A stretch of 64,000 nucleotides of DNA from Waddliaceae bacterium (GTDB taxonomy: Bacteria > Chlamydiota > Chlamydiia > Chlamydiales > SLFE01). The stretch lies in assembly GCA_963771045.1 (NCBI GenBank), contig CAVYRW010000004.1, positions 96,001 to 160,000 of the forward strand, given 5' to 3'. A model generated the notes under the pieces. It did no database searches and was not told where the DNA came from. It was given only the letters and a program-made list of their open reading frames with translations. Made by a program: the position numbers and the translations under genes. Below, piece by piece: positions 48,939 through 59,349 of this stretch; the stretch's first letter is position 1, and each line of letters opens with the position of its first letter.

Positions 48939-49958
48939 TTAAGAAAGTTCGGAGTTTTGGGCATCCCCATAGTGTTGAATGAGCGTCTCGGCTTTCCCCG
49001 GATCGATGTTTTTGAGTTTTTCATAGATTGCAAGTCCTTTAGCGTTTTCTCCTTGCTGTAAATACAGAGTTCCCAGCTTATAGAGAACTTCATCTTCGGA
49101 GGGAAGCAGCGATAAGAGAATTTCGTATTCTTTTATCTCTTCCTCAGGCATTTGCAGATCATGATAGCTATAAGCGAGCTGCTGATGGATCCAAGGGTCA
49201 TTCGGGGCATATTCATTGAGTATTTTAAATTCTTCAATTGCTCTTTTCGATGCGCGGGTGAATTTTTCCTGAAAGATTGGATATTTCCACGCTCCTTTAT
49301 GGTGATAGAGTCCGGAGAGCATCACATAGGCATTAGCAAGGGCTGCATGCAGCTCAAGGTCAGTCGGTTCCTGCTTTATGAGTTCGATATATTCTTTCAC
49401 TGAGCGGTGCAAAAGGCATTCTTTCATTTTATAGACGTCGTGCCAGTGCCACCAGAAACTGAGTTTCGCTGAGGCGGGCGATAAGAATTTCAAGAGTCTT
49501 GGGACAGGGTAATATTTGTATTCTTTGCCCTGAAGGGCCCCGGCCATGCGGGCAAAGCCGTTTGCTAGTTCGATATGATATTCAGGTTCATCGGGATGGT
49601 GTGATGAGTGGCGCGCAAATTCTTCGGAAAATGTGTCGCAGATCTCTTCGAATTTGTCTTGTTTTTGCGTGAGTTTATGGAGACGGAGAATAAAATAGGC
49701 AAAGAAGGTGGCGAATATCAGAGCCAGGTTCACAGCCAGGATTGCCGATTCTACAAGAAAGGTAAAAAATATGACAAAGGCGACCACTTCGATTGCCAGA
49801 AGAAGCCAGAAGAAGTAATTAAAAAAGGCGTAGTTTCTTGTGAATCTAAAAAAACGGGTAAGTATTGGTGTCCGGATCTTTGTTTTGTCCGATTTTATCC
49901 CGGATTGCTTAGCTGCGGCCGGTTCAATGAGAGAATTCTGAATATCCGAAAGTGACAT
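48939..49958 (-). CDS. Two-TM TPR protein
   Basis: TM hairpin and C-terminal TPRs (HAALANAY, YKLGTLY). Confidence 0.8.
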   Translation of the reverse strand: MSLSDIQNSLIEPAAAKQSGIKSDKTKIRTPILTRFFRFTRNYAFFNYFFWLLLAIEVVAFVIFFTFLVESAILAVNLALIFATFFAYFILRLHKLTQKQDKFEEICDTFSEEFARHSSHHPDEPEYHIELANGFARMAGALQGKEYKYYPVPRLLKFLSPASAKLSFWWHWHDVYKMKECLLHRSVKEYIELIKQEPTDLELHAALANAYVMLSGLYHHKGAWKYPIFQEKFTRASKRAIEEFKILNEYAPNDPWIHQQLAYSYHDLQMPEEEIKEYEILLSLLPSEDEVLYKLGTLYLQQGENAKGLAIYEKLKNIDPGKAETLIQHYGDAQNSELS

Positions 49959-49979
49959 TTGACTAAACAATCGCTGATA

Positions 49980-50906
49980 TCAGATTTTTTTTCCATCAGA
50001 TACTCTGGTTTTGGAAGGATATTCCAGTTCTTCCCGATGGAAAAGATAAAGGCCCGAAAAAACGACAGCGACGGAAACAAAGAACGGCCACCCGGCAGAC
50101 TCTCCAAGGAAAATCCAGCCGAAAAGCGCGGCAAACATTGGAGTCGTGAAACCCGCAAAGGACATAAAAGTCGGGCTGTAGCGCTTCAGTAAAAAGCCGT
50201 AGAGGTTGTAAGCCAGGAAATTCGATATAATCATCAGCATAAGGGCGCATTCAAAAAAAGGAATGATATTTGTGACTGGAATTGGATTCCAATTTTCATA
50301 AGCTAAAGAGTGTCCAAGAGCAAGGGTTCCGCCAAAAAGCATGCAGACCCCATTGATCATTAAAGGTGAGTAGCCCTCTTTCATCATTTGGCTTAAGAGA
50401 ATCCAGCCATAGACGCTGCTGAGGGCGGCGACGATGACTGCGAATTCAGCGGAGGTTAAGAAAAAGAAGTTTCCTGAAAGCTCTTCGCTTCCTTTCTGGA
50501 CGACGAGTATAGGAATAAATCCGACAAAACCGATAACCAGGCCAATCCATTTCATTTTGGTCAGTTTTTCTTTAAACAGCAAGTAGCAGAGCAGAGCGGA
50601 TGCAAAAGGGGAGAGGCTGTAAATGAAGCAGGTTTTGAAAGACGTTAGGTATTGCAGTCCCCAAAATTCGCAGACATTTGTCAAATAGATCGCGATAAAT
50701 CCTAAAAAAAGAATTTTTCCGATATGCTGTTTTTTGATATAAAATTGTTCTCTTTTGAAAAACCACTGATAACCAAGCAGAATAATGCCTGCCAGGGTCA
50801 TGCGGGTCCCGACCAGGAAAAACGGGGCGGCATCGATGCCAAGGGCTGTTTTCCCCAAGGTGAAGACGCTGGCGAACAGGGCGTATAGGATAAAAACTAA
50901 AATCAT
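49980..50906 (-). CDS. EamA/DMT-family transporter
   Basis: About 10 TM segments in two EamA halves. Confidence 0.88.
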   Translation of the reverse strand: MILVFILYALFASVFTLGKTALGIDAAPFFLVGTRMTLAGIILLGYQWFFKREQFYIKKQHIGKILFLGFIAIYLTNVCEFWGLQYLTSFKTCFIYSLSPFASALLCYLLFKEKLTKMKWIGLVIGFVGFIPILVVQKGSEELSGNFFFLTSAEFAVIVAALSSVYGWILLSQMMKEGYSPLMINGVCMLFGGTLALGHSLAYENWNPIPVTNIIPFFECALMLMIISNFLAYNLYGFLLKRYSPTFMSFAGFTTPMFAALFGWIFLGESAGWPFFVSVAVVFSGLYLFHREELEYPSKTRVSDGKKI

Positions 50907-51070
50907 AACGTTTATTTTAAAGGATTTACCAATTAAACGAAAGATTTTTGATAACCTATGAGGCCGCATCGAATTAGTTGAATAATATAAGATATTTTGA
51001 TAAAATTTATTTAAATTGAAAATATATTAAGTGTTTAATATAATTTAGATATAAAAAAAGGGGTTTAAAA

Positions 51071-51760
51071 ATGCAAAAGATTAACGTTCTCTTGATAGAA
51101 GACGAGCAAGATATTGCCGACTTGATTAAATTGAATGCAGAACTATCTGATTTTAAAGTTGTTGTTGAAAATGACGGACTCAATGGATATATGGCGGCTG
51201 AACGAGAAAAGCCCGATATTATTGTCTTAGACATTATGCTTCCGGGGATGAATGGGCTCGATGTTTGCCGAAAGGTCAAAAACAATCCGGCGCTCATGGG
51301 CATTCCGATAATTATGATCTCGGCAAAAAGCGAAGAGCTTGATGTGGTACTCGGATTGGAGCTTGGGGCCGACGACTATGTGACCAAGCCATTTTCTCCG
51401 AAAATTCTCCTATCCCGCATAAAAGCGGTTCTGAGGAGGAAAAGCGAGCCGAAAAAAGAGCCTAAGAGGCTCGGATTCGGTAAATTTATGATGGATATCG
51501 ACAGCTACCAGCTGCGTAAGGGTGAAAAGCTTATCCCCCTGACGTTGTCTGAATTCGGAATCCTCAAGCGGCTTGTCGCCAATCAGGGCAAGGTCCTTAC
51601 AAGAAACCAGCTTCTTGACGATCTGCACGGGGACGAGTCTTACGTCGTTGACAGGAATATCGATGTGCATATCGCTTCTCTCCGTAAAAAATTGGGTCCT
51701 AACTTCAACTGGATCGAGACGGTTCGCGGCGTCGGCTACCGCTTCAAGGATGAAGCTTAA
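51071..51760 (+). CDS. OmpR/PhoB-family response regulator
   Basis: LIEDE, LDIMLP, GADDYVTKPF, ETVRGVGY. Confidence 0.95.
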   Translation: MQKINVLLIEDEQDIADLIKLNAELSDFKVVVENDGLNGYMAAEREKPDIIVLDIMLPGMNGLDVCRKVKNNPALMGIPIIMISAKSEELDVVLGLELGADDYVTKPFSPKILLSRIKAVLRRKSEPKKEPKRLGFGKFMMDIDSYQLRKGEKLIPLTLSEFGILKRLVANQGKVLTRNQLLDDLHGDESYVVDRNIDVHIASLRKKLGPNFNWIETVRGVGYRFKDEA

Positions 51761-51774
51761 TTTATATTTTCTTT

Positions 51775-51820
51775 TTAAAAATAAATGGGTTTAGAGTATT
51801 CTAAACCCATTTATTTTTAA
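51775..51820. terminator. Perfect 21-bp inverted repeat, probable terminator
   Basis: TTAAAAATAAATGGGTTTAGA-GTAT-TCTAAACCCATTTATTTTTAA. Confidence 0.6.
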
Positions 51821-51865
51821 TTTATGGTATAATAAGGTGTATAAATTACTTTTTAATTTAAAATT

Positions 51866-54355
51866 ATGAGCCGTTTTAAAGAATTACAATCGATCGTGAG
51901 TCAGCAGGTAAAATTCAGAACCCCTGCCGAGATGTCCCCCTCTAAGCAATTGGGGAAAACGGACGAATCCGTAAGCGGCAAGGCGCTAGGAGTTTTGGAA
52001 GACACCGGCTCTGTCAAAGAGGTTCAACTCAACAGAAGTCTTACAGTACCCAAATCTTTAAATTCCGAAGCTGTCAAAGCCAGCCAAACAGCAAAAGATT
52101 TTTTCGGGGATCAATTATCGGGGCTCGCTCGGAGGGCGAGCAAGGTATTTTCTTCGGTTTTTTTCTTGGTCTTTATCAGTGAAAAAATCGGCGGCAGGGT
52201 TAGCAGTCAGCGCCTCAGTCAAAAAATGGGATCGGAAATTAGAAAGAGTGAGTCGCAAGTTGCCAAAAATATTCGTGGATGGCCGGACGAAGTAGCCCAA
52301 TCGACCAGCATTTTTGAAGAAGCTAACAAACCCCCTCCCGGCCGTGGAACGCTGGATAAATATTTTGCTAAAGTTCTTGAGAAAGGGGTCGGCGAATTAT
52401 TAGAGGAAATTCATAAGTTGAAAACCCAGCCTTTCAGCTCTTCTGTCGGGAATCCTACACAAAAATTACAAGAAAATAATGCCGAAGAAGCCCAGCTATG
52501 CTTGGATATTGTGAGTGGCGTAAGAACAATAGCCGACCTAAAAGAATCAGAAGACAGCTCGGGAATTAAAACTTTTTTATTCACTCATGAAGGCCTAGAC
52601 TACGAGATCAATCACAGCCAAGATCCCCATGTCTATAATGGAGTCAAGAACAAAGATTTGATCAGAAGAGCGGAGCTGATTTTCGACGCGGCAAATGATC
52701 CTAAATTAAATGTCTTGAAAAAGAAAACGCTCGAGAATCTCTCGGGGTTGTGCCGAAATCCCGATCAAATCGATGATGATTTAAAAAACGGATTGGACAT
52801 ACTGGCCGATGTTTTTTACCAGGTAGAAACCCGTATGAAAAAGGAAAATCCCAATTTTGATTTGCAAAGGGCTGAAGCTGAACATATCAGGGATCGGGGC
52901 AGGCCGATTATCGTCAATATTTTTGAAGTGGAAGCCGGAGGCGAAAGAAGAACGTTTGTGGGAATGCATAAACCGATGTCAGAGGAGACCATTCCCAGTT
53001 CAATGCAAAGCGAAAACAAGCTGGCCAACTATGTATCGACATCGGCGGGTGTCGTACGGGATGGAAAAGTGGAGATGAAGTATACAGGAATTCGTCATTC
53101 ACGCCCCTCTCCTATTGCGATTGAAGATAGTCATCAAAGACGGGCCATTTCCGCCTCGAATGTCAAACAGTCGATAGTCGATATCGCAAATAAAATGGAA
53201 GTCAATGAGAATAATTCAGAAAAAAATCCGCTTCCGGTTCCTCTGGCTCCCACGACGCTCCTCACTGCGAAAGTAGGGGACATCGTTCGAAACAGAAAGA
53301 AGAAAGTCGCCGGCAGTTGGATGGGAGATTCGGAATCCATGCAGCTGCAAGAAGCTATGCAGGCTTATCGTCTTTATGACGGTTGCGTTTTGAATGTCAA
53401 TGGCGTATGGATCAAACCGGTTATCCATCATATGAATTTTGGAGTGAATCCCCCTGGAGCTAATCATGGCTTAAAAGGAAAAGTTCCGGATGCTCCATTT
53501 CAGAATGAACTCAATGCCCACGGCATGATGGCGCAGCATCAGCTTGTGAAAGATTTTTTTAGCGAAAATATTTCCGATGAAGGTTTAAAGAACCGGGTTT
53601 TTGAATTCTTATCCGGCGATTTGACAAAACTGGAAGGTCAATACAAAGATCTCAAAGAAGTCATCCATCGCAATTTGCAGAAAGATCAAGAGGCTCTTGC
53701 ATCCCATTATGAAAATTATAGCCGGAAGCCTTCTCGAAAAATAGAAAAAGAAATTGTCAAATTGGAGAAAAGAATTGCCGGCGAATACAAAAGATTGGAC
53801 ATCATTGCAAGGGGGCTTGTCAAAAAGCAGAAAGAGGCTTTCTTGGGACAGCCAAATCGTCATGAAGTGCTGGAGAGTTTAAAGGAAGAACTCAATCCCG
53901 CTCTCGCTTCTCTCCTTCAAGATCATGAGGACTTTAGACGCGCAATCTTTACGATGGCTCATAAAAATACTGCGACAGTTGTCGATGTACCAGCGATGCG
54001 GAATATGATTTATCAGAAATTGGGGATTCTCAGTCTCTTTTACTGCAAGAGCGCCGAAGACCGTACCGGCAATGTCGAAATTGAAACCTTTCAAAGAATG
54101 ATATTTGAAGAAATGTCAGGAAAACCACCGGGCATCGTCGACTGCAAAGAAACGGGCATTACGAATGAGATATTCAGACAAGTCTTTAACGCCTCCCCGT
54201 CTTTAAACAACACCGAGCACAACTCCGACTCCCGTGGCCTGCAGATCAGCCCCGAGGTAAATCCTCCAGATATGGAGCAGCAGATCAAGCAGCAAAAGAA
54301 AATGGCGGAATTTGCCAAAGAAGTCCCAAAAAAAGCCAGAGAAAAGGTTCAGTGA
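51866..54355 (+). CDS. Putative IpgD/SopB-like inositol/phosphoinositide phosphatase effector
   Basis: Cx5R motif CKSAEDRTG at 54044-54070; upstream GIRHS and NFGVN. Confidence 0.65.
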   Translation: MSRFKELQSIVSQQVKFRTPAEMSPSKQLGKTDESVSGKALGVLEDTGSVKEVQLNRSLTVPKSLNSEAVKASQTAKDFFGDQLSGLARRASKVFSSVFFLVFISEKIGGRVSSQRLSQKMGSEIRKSESQVAKNIRGWPDEVAQSTSIFEEANKPPPGRGTLDKYFAKVLEKGVGELLEEIHKLKTQPFSSSVGNPTQKLQENNAEEAQLCLDIVSGVRTIADLKESEDSSGIKTFLFTHEGLDYEINHSQDPHVYNGVKNKDLIRRAELIFDAANDPKLNVLKKKTLENLSGLCRNPDQIDDDLKNGLDILADVFYQVETRMKKENPNFDLQRAEAEHIRDRGRPIIVNIFEVEAGGERRTFVGMHKPMSEETIPSSMQSENKLANYVSTSAGVVRDGKVEMKYTGIRHSRPSPIAIEDSHQRRAISASNVKQSIVDIANKMEVNENNSEKNPLPVPLAPTTLLTAKVGDIVRNRKKKVAGSWMGDSESMQLQEAMQAYRLYDGCVLNVNGVWIKPVIHHMNFGVNPPGANHGLKGKVPDAPFQNELNAHGMMAQHQLVKDFFSENISDEGLKNRVFEFLSGDLTKLEGQYKDLKEVIHRNLQKDQEALASHYENYSRKPSRKIEKEIVKLEKRIAGEYKRLDIIARGLVKKQKEAFLGQPNRHEVLESLKEELNPALASLLQDHEDFRRAIFTMAHKNTATVVDVPAMRNMIYQKLGILSLFYCKSAEDRTGNVEIETFQRMIFEEMSGKPPGIVDCKETGITNEIFRQVFNASPSLNNTEHNSDSRGLQISPEVNPPDMEQQIKQQKKMAEFAKEVPKKAREKVQ

Positions 54356-54370
54356 GTGTATAATTGAACC

Positions 54371-55195
54371 ATGTCTGATTATGAATTGCTAGACAGCGGC
54401 AACGGGAGAAAATTGGAGCGCTTCGGCCGCTACATTCTGGACCGGCCGTCTCTTCAAGCTCTATGGCGCCCGAAGCTTCCCCTTGAAGAGTGGAAAAGGG
54501 CCCATGCCGTTTTTACTCGGGAGCCGGGCGGCCTTTGGAAGAAAAGCCGGGGATTTCCCGAAGAGTGGATCATTGAAGTGGAGGGCATCAAATTTACACT
54601 GTCTCCAACTGATTTCGGCCATTTGGGCATTTTCCCCGAGCAGAGCCCTTCCTGGAAATGGATAAAAAAAGAGGTGCGAAATGAGGCGAATGTACTCAAT
54701 TTGTTTGCTTACTCCGGAGGTTCGACGCTTGCTGCGGCGCTATCCGGAGCGAGAGTCACCCACCTTGACGCATCAAAGAAGATGGCGGCCTGGGCGCGGG
54801 AAAACGCCCGGATTAACGGGCTTGAAGAAGCTCCTGTGCGCTGGATTGTCGATGACGTTAAAAAGTTTTTAAAACGAGAGATTCGGCGCAGCAGCCGCTA
54901 CGATGCGATCATATTGGACCCCCCGAGCTTCGGAAGGGGGGCAAAAGGGGAAGTGTTTAAAATCGAAAAAGACATCCAGGGAATCTTAAGCGACTGCAGC
55001 GAGCTTCTTAGCGGCCGGCCGCTTTTTGTCCTTTTGACATGCCACAGCCCAGGTTTTACTCCGATAGCTGCGAGCCATTTGCTGACTCAATTTTTTGGCG
55101 GCGGCAAGGTGGAAACGGGCGAGATGATTCTTAAAGGGCAGGAAAATGTCTTCTCTCTTCCAAGCGGCAGTTTCGCGAGGTGGAGTCCATGCTGA
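54371..55195 (+). CDS. Class I SAM-dependent methyltransferase (RlmI/K-related)
   Basis: YELLDSG, LNLFAYSGG, ILDPPSFG. Confidence 0.9.
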   Translation: MSDYELLDSGNGRKLERFGRYILDRPSLQALWRPKLPLEEWKRAHAVFTREPGGLWKKSRGFPEEWIIEVEGIKFTLSPTDFGHLGIFPEQSPSWKWIKKEVRNEANVLNLFAYSGGSTLAAALSGARVTHLDASKKMAAWARENARINGLEEAPVRWIVDDVKKFLKREIRRSSRYDAIILDPPSFGRGAKGEVFKIEKDIQGILSDCSELLSGRPLFVLLTCHSPGFTPIAASHLLTQFFGGGKVETGEMILKGQENVFSLPSGSFARWSPC

Positions 55196-55974
55196 TTACA
55201 AGTTTGCAAAACCCGAAAATTAAAAATCTGGTCCGCCTTCGAGAAAGGAGGCAGCGAGATAAAAGCGTCCTTTTTTTAATCGAAGGCTATCGCGAGCTTT
55301 TGAGGGCTGTCGACTCGGGCATTGAAATTGATGAATTTTATTTTTGCCCTGAACTGTTTTTAGGGGAAAATGAAGAGGCGCTCATTCAAAGAATCGGAGG
55401 GCAGTCATTTACGTGTACCCGGCAGGTGTTTAAAAAAATATCCTATCGGGATCGACCAGACGGTCTTCTCGGCGTTGCCCGCCAGATGAAACGGCAGTTA
55501 AACGATATTCGGTTTCAAGCGGTCCCTTTTGTCGTGATTGCCGAAAGCATTGAAAAACCGGGCAATTTGGGAACGATTCTCCGCACATCGGACGCTGCCT
55601 GTGTCGACGCGCTGATTGTTTGCGACCGCTGCACCGATATTTACAATCCCAATGTTGTGCGGGCGAGCGTCGGCACACTCTTTACTGTTCCTGTTGTCGA
55701 AGCAAAAAGCGAAGAGGTCTCAATTTGGCTGAAAAGCTGCGGCATTTCAGTGGTTGCCGCGGCTCCCTCCGCAGAAAAGATCTATACTCAGGCCGATTTG
55801 ACAAAGCCGATAGCTGTTGCGTTCGGAACCGAACAATACGGCCTCTCGGATTATTGGATGGAGGCGGCCGAAACCAAGGTGAAAATTCCGATGCGTGGCG
55901 TCGCCGACTCTCTTAACGTGGCGCTGTCGACCGGAGTGCTGCTTTATGAGGTTCTCCGGCAGCGAGGTTTCTGA
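55189..55974 (+). CDS. SpoU/TrmH-family RNA methyltransferase
   Basis: PGNLGTILR, FGTEQYGL, IPM, SLNVA. Confidence 0.93.
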   Translation: MLITSLQNPKIKNLVRLRERRQRDKSVLFLIEGYRELLRAVDSGIEIDEFYFCPELFLGENEEALIQRIGGQSFTCTRQVFKKISYRDRPDGLLGVARQMKRQLNDIRFQAVPFVVIAESIEKPGNLGTILRTSDAACVDALIVCDRCTDIYNPNVVRASVGTLFTVPVVEAKSEEVSIWLKSCGISVVAAAPSAEKIYTQADLTKPIAVAFGTEQYGLSDYWMEAAETKVKIPMRGVADSLNVALSTGVLLYEVLRQRGF

Positions 55975-56582
55975 TGGACATTGTGTATGAAGACAACCAT
56001 GTGATTGCCGTGAAAAAGCCGGCGGGACTGCTCACCCAGCCAAGCGGTACCGAAGAGGATAACCTTGAAGACCGGCTCAAAGCTTATATCAAAAAACGGG
56101 ATGCGAAGCCTTCAAATGTCTTTCTTGAAGCGGTCCACCGCCTTGATAAGCCGGCTTTCGGGCTGGTTGTGTTTGCCAAAACAAGCAAAGCCCTTTCCCG
56201 GCTGAATGCAGCTCAAAGAGAGAAGAAATTCCGTAAATTTTATCGGGCAGGGATAGAAGGGACTCTCCCTGCGAAAAAAGGGACTCTTGCCAATACCCTC
56301 TACCACGATCATCACAGAGCCCGTGTTGTCGCTTCCGGCTATCCCGGGGGTAAGGAAGCGATTTTGCACTACAGGGAGGTAGGTCCTCAACTAGTTGAAA
56401 TAGAATTAGTTACAGGACGCTATCATCAAATTAGGGCTCAATTGTCCCATATAGGCTGTCCTATTTTGGGAGATAAAAAATACGGAAGTGTAAAGTCCTT
56501 TTCTTCAGGCATTTATCTTGAACATTACCGGATAGAATTTCCTCACCCCATAAGTAACAATTCTTTATTAATTATAATTTAA
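55974..56582 (+). CDS. RluA-family pseudouridine synthase
   Basis: KPAG, HRLD, TGRYHQIR, ILGD. Confidence 0.93.
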   Translation: MDIVYEDNHVIAVKKPAGLLTQPSGTEEDNLEDRLKAYIKKRDAKPSNVFLEAVHRLDKPAFGLVVFAKTSKALSRLNAAQREKKFRKFYRAGIEGTLPAKKGTLANTLYHDHHRARVVASGYPGGKEAILHYREVGPQLVEIELVTGRYHQIRAQLSHIGCPILGDKKYGSVKSFSSGIYLEHYRIEFPHPISNNSLLIII

Positions 56583-56642
56583 ATTATAAATTATAATGGT
56601 ATAATGTAATTAAGCATTGTTTATTTATGGGTTAATAATTGT

Positions 56643-57479
56643 ATGTATAATAATACAAAGAAGAAAAAAAGCTCTATCTGGGGAAAAATAAGGTCGGCAT
56701 ATTTAAACTGTATCCGACTCTACGTCAAATACTTAAAAAGACGCAATGTCGTTGTCTTTGGGCTTGTTTCGGCAACTTTTCTCACAGAACCGCTTAACGC
56801 CTTCAAAGGGGCGTTTATGACTCCATATGGGTGGAAACGGCATTTCGACTATTTCGATTTAAATCCTAAAGAGCTTACAAGTAGTCAGCTAAGAGAAAAT
56901 CCAGTTCTTCTTATTCATGGGAATTACGATAATCAAAGGGCCTGGCTGCAATTGGCTGAAAAACTGCAGAAAGAAGGCATTCCCGCTTTTACCCTCAACC
57001 TTCCCCCTGGAAAAGTGTCCCGCTGGGATAAATGTCTGCTAGAAAGAAAATGGGATGAGATTCGAAACCTTTATCACCGCTATGGCCGTAAAGATGCGGC
57101 TATCAATATCGTCGGTCACTCCAGAGGGGCTTATCTTTCTGTCATGATGGGCGTCAACAAGGAAGGGTGGGAAATCAGGAAACGAGGGGTTCTTTCCACC
57201 GACTTAATGAAAAGACATCAAAGACCCGATATTGGCAAAATTATTCAAATCGGCCAGTACTTTTCCTTAAATGAATTTCAGGATGAAGTCGCTACCGCTC
57301 TGAACCTTAAAGAGAGAATTTTCAGCATTACCGGAACTAGGGATATCCTGGCGCCTTCTAATTCCAATGCCTTGCCTCCTGATCATAAATTTACCTTTGA
57401 CGAGGGGCATTTGGGATTGATTTTTTCCGACGAGGTGGATCAGAAAATCATTGATATTGCTCAAATCTCCTTAACATAA
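56643..57479 (+). CDS. Alpha/beta hydrolase (lipase-like)
   Basis: VLLIHG, GHSRG nucleophile elbow, Asp (TRD) and His (GHLG). Confidence 0.85.
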   Translation: MYNNTKKKKSSIWGKIRSAYLNCIRLYVKYLKRRNVVVFGLVSATFLTEPLNAFKGAFMTPYGWKRHFDYFDLNPKELTSSQLRENPVLLIHGNYDNQRAWLQLAEKLQKEGIPAFTLNLPPGKVSRWDKCLLERKWDEIRNLYHRYGRKDAAINIVGHSRGAYLSVMMGVNKEGWEIRKRGVLSTDLMKRHQRPDIGKIIQIGQYFSLNEFQDEVATALNLKERIFSITGTRDILAPSNSNALPPDHKFTFDEGHLGLIFSDEVDQKIIDIAQISLT

Positions 57480-57563
57480 ACTCCCTATTATGATTTTAAT
57501 GTAAAGAGAGAATTGAAAATCGGCTCAACCTTAATTTTCAATTCCCTTTTGAAGAGGTACCTC

Positions 57564-58722
57564 ATGTTGGCAACGCTTGTTTCGATCATTTTGGTGGTCG
57601 TCTTTACTCTGATGTTTCAGGTCCCTGCGCTGGGTTTTTTTCCCATCTTGGCCTTGGTAGTCGGAGCCTTGATGATTTTGATCACCCCTTTGATCAAAGG
57701 GCTGACACTGCTTCCTTTGCAGGCGGCCAGTGTTGAAACATCTTCGCGCGCGATGAATATGGCGAGGAAGGATCCTCTGCAAATTGCGCTGACTTTTGTG
57801 TGGATCTCTTTTGCCCTTTTTTCTTTTATTTCCGCAGCATTCGGAACCGAGATTTTATTCATTATCTGGATGATATGGCTGGGGCTTTCTCTTGACGCTA
57901 TCTTTTTTTATACCTGGCGCCAGACCGGTTTCTCCGATCCGCTGCATTTGATTGTCTTGCTTGTCCGAAATGGAAAGAGAAATTTTTCCGCAAATAGGCA
58001 GAAAGAGCTTTGTTCATCAATTGATGCGCTGGGCGAAGTCAGCCTGAAGGCGCTGTTTCAAAAAAGCCTGCCGCTTTCAGAAGAAGTTGTCTCTTCAATG
58101 GAAGGTTTGGCAAAAGATTACCTTAAGAGTTTCGGGGCAGATCCTACAGAAGATGCGGCAAATCGTGTCAATTACACTCTGGGTTTTTTGCTCCACCGCA
58201 TGCAAATGCTGTTTAACCACGCAGCCGAAGATAATCTGGAGCCTTTGGCGAATCAGATTATTTTGAGCGTATCGAAACTCACGATCAATGTGGCTAAATT
58301 CGATACGTCTCTGACAAGCCTTCCTCTGCATTTTCTCGAAAATTTCTTCAAAAAAGCGCATGAGTACGAGTTAACAGAGGTGGCCATCAACAGTTCGATC
58401 GTTTTACAGGAAATGGCAAAATCCATGATCGAAGATCCAAGCCTTCGCGACCGGAACTTAAGTCGCTGTTCTTTTTTCCCTTATTGAACGGATGGAGGAG
58501 CTTGCGAAAGACACATTTAAGAAAGATAAAAGCACTCCCATTTCTTTGCTGATCAAGCCATTCGAGGAGCTCAAATCCCTTTTGGAGGAAAAAATTCCCG
58601 AATTTTCCGACTCCAAAGCGGTGATTGCCAATCTTCAAAAAGTCATCGCCCAATTTCAGGCTCTTCAGGGCGTCCTTCAGTCCGTTCCCAATATCCCCGG
58701 ATATTCCGAATCCGAAGAATAA
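57564..58722 (+). CDS. Hypothetical membrane protein, frameshifted near 58470
   Basis: Four N-terminal TMs and a helical C-terminus continuing in ORF 58492..58722. Confidence 0.65.
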
Positions 58723-58761
58723 TGTTGTATCTGGGGCTTTGGATTTGTTATGATCCGGCAC

Positions 58762-59349
58762 ATGATTCTCGCTCTTCTAAATAAAGGTGTTGAAGACGCT
58801 GTTTCGGCTGTTGGCCAGCTCGGGAACGAAGAGTCGCTTCAGTTTATGATGAAGTCTGCCGAGCTCATTTCCTGCGCGTTTGAGAGCGGCAATAAAGTTA
58901 TCATTGCCGGCAACGGGGGGAGCCTTTGCGACGCTATGCATTTTGCCGAGGAGCTGACTGGCTTTTTCCGAGGTGAAAGAAAGGCTCTTCCGGCTATCGC
59001 CTTGTCCGAGCCTGGGCATATCACCTGCACCGGCAACGATCTTGGGTTCGATTACATTTTTTCCCGCGGGGTCGAAGCTTACGGGCAGCCCGGCGATGTT
59101 TTTGCTTGGTCTGACAACAAGCGGCAACTCCCCAAATATTGTCAATGCGGTTTTGCGAAGGCCAAGAAGCAAAATCTCAAAACCGTGGCTTTCCTGGGCA
59201 AAGGAGGGGGAAGATTGAGGGGCGAGGCCGATCTTGAGCTCATTATCGACGGTTTCAAAACCTCAGACCGCATTCAAGAGGCCCATATGGCCGCCATACA
59301 CCTCATTATCGAACTTGTCGAGCACAGGATGTTCGTTTCCCACAACTGA
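58762..59349 (+). CDS. gmhA: D-sedoheptulose-7-phosphate isomerase, with two compensating indels
   Basis: GNGGSLCDAMHFAEEL, GND, RIQEAH; LTTSGNSPN lies in a shifted frame. Confidence 0.92.
   Translation: MILALLNKGVEDAVSAVGQLGNEESLQFMMKSAELISCAFESGNKVIIAGNGGSLCDAMHFAEELTGFFRGERKALPAIALSEPGHITCTGNDLGFDYIFSRGVEAYGQPGDVFAWSDNKRQLPKYCQCGFAKAKKQNLKTVAFLGKGGGRLRGEADLELIIDGFKTSDRIQEAHMAAIHLIIELVEHRMFVSHN

Noticed and set aside
59100..59160. gmhA with a novel active-site segment (WSDNKRQLPKYCQCG)
   Set aside because: The conserved LTTSGNSPN is present in the adjacent frame, so two compensating indels, probably errors, explain it.
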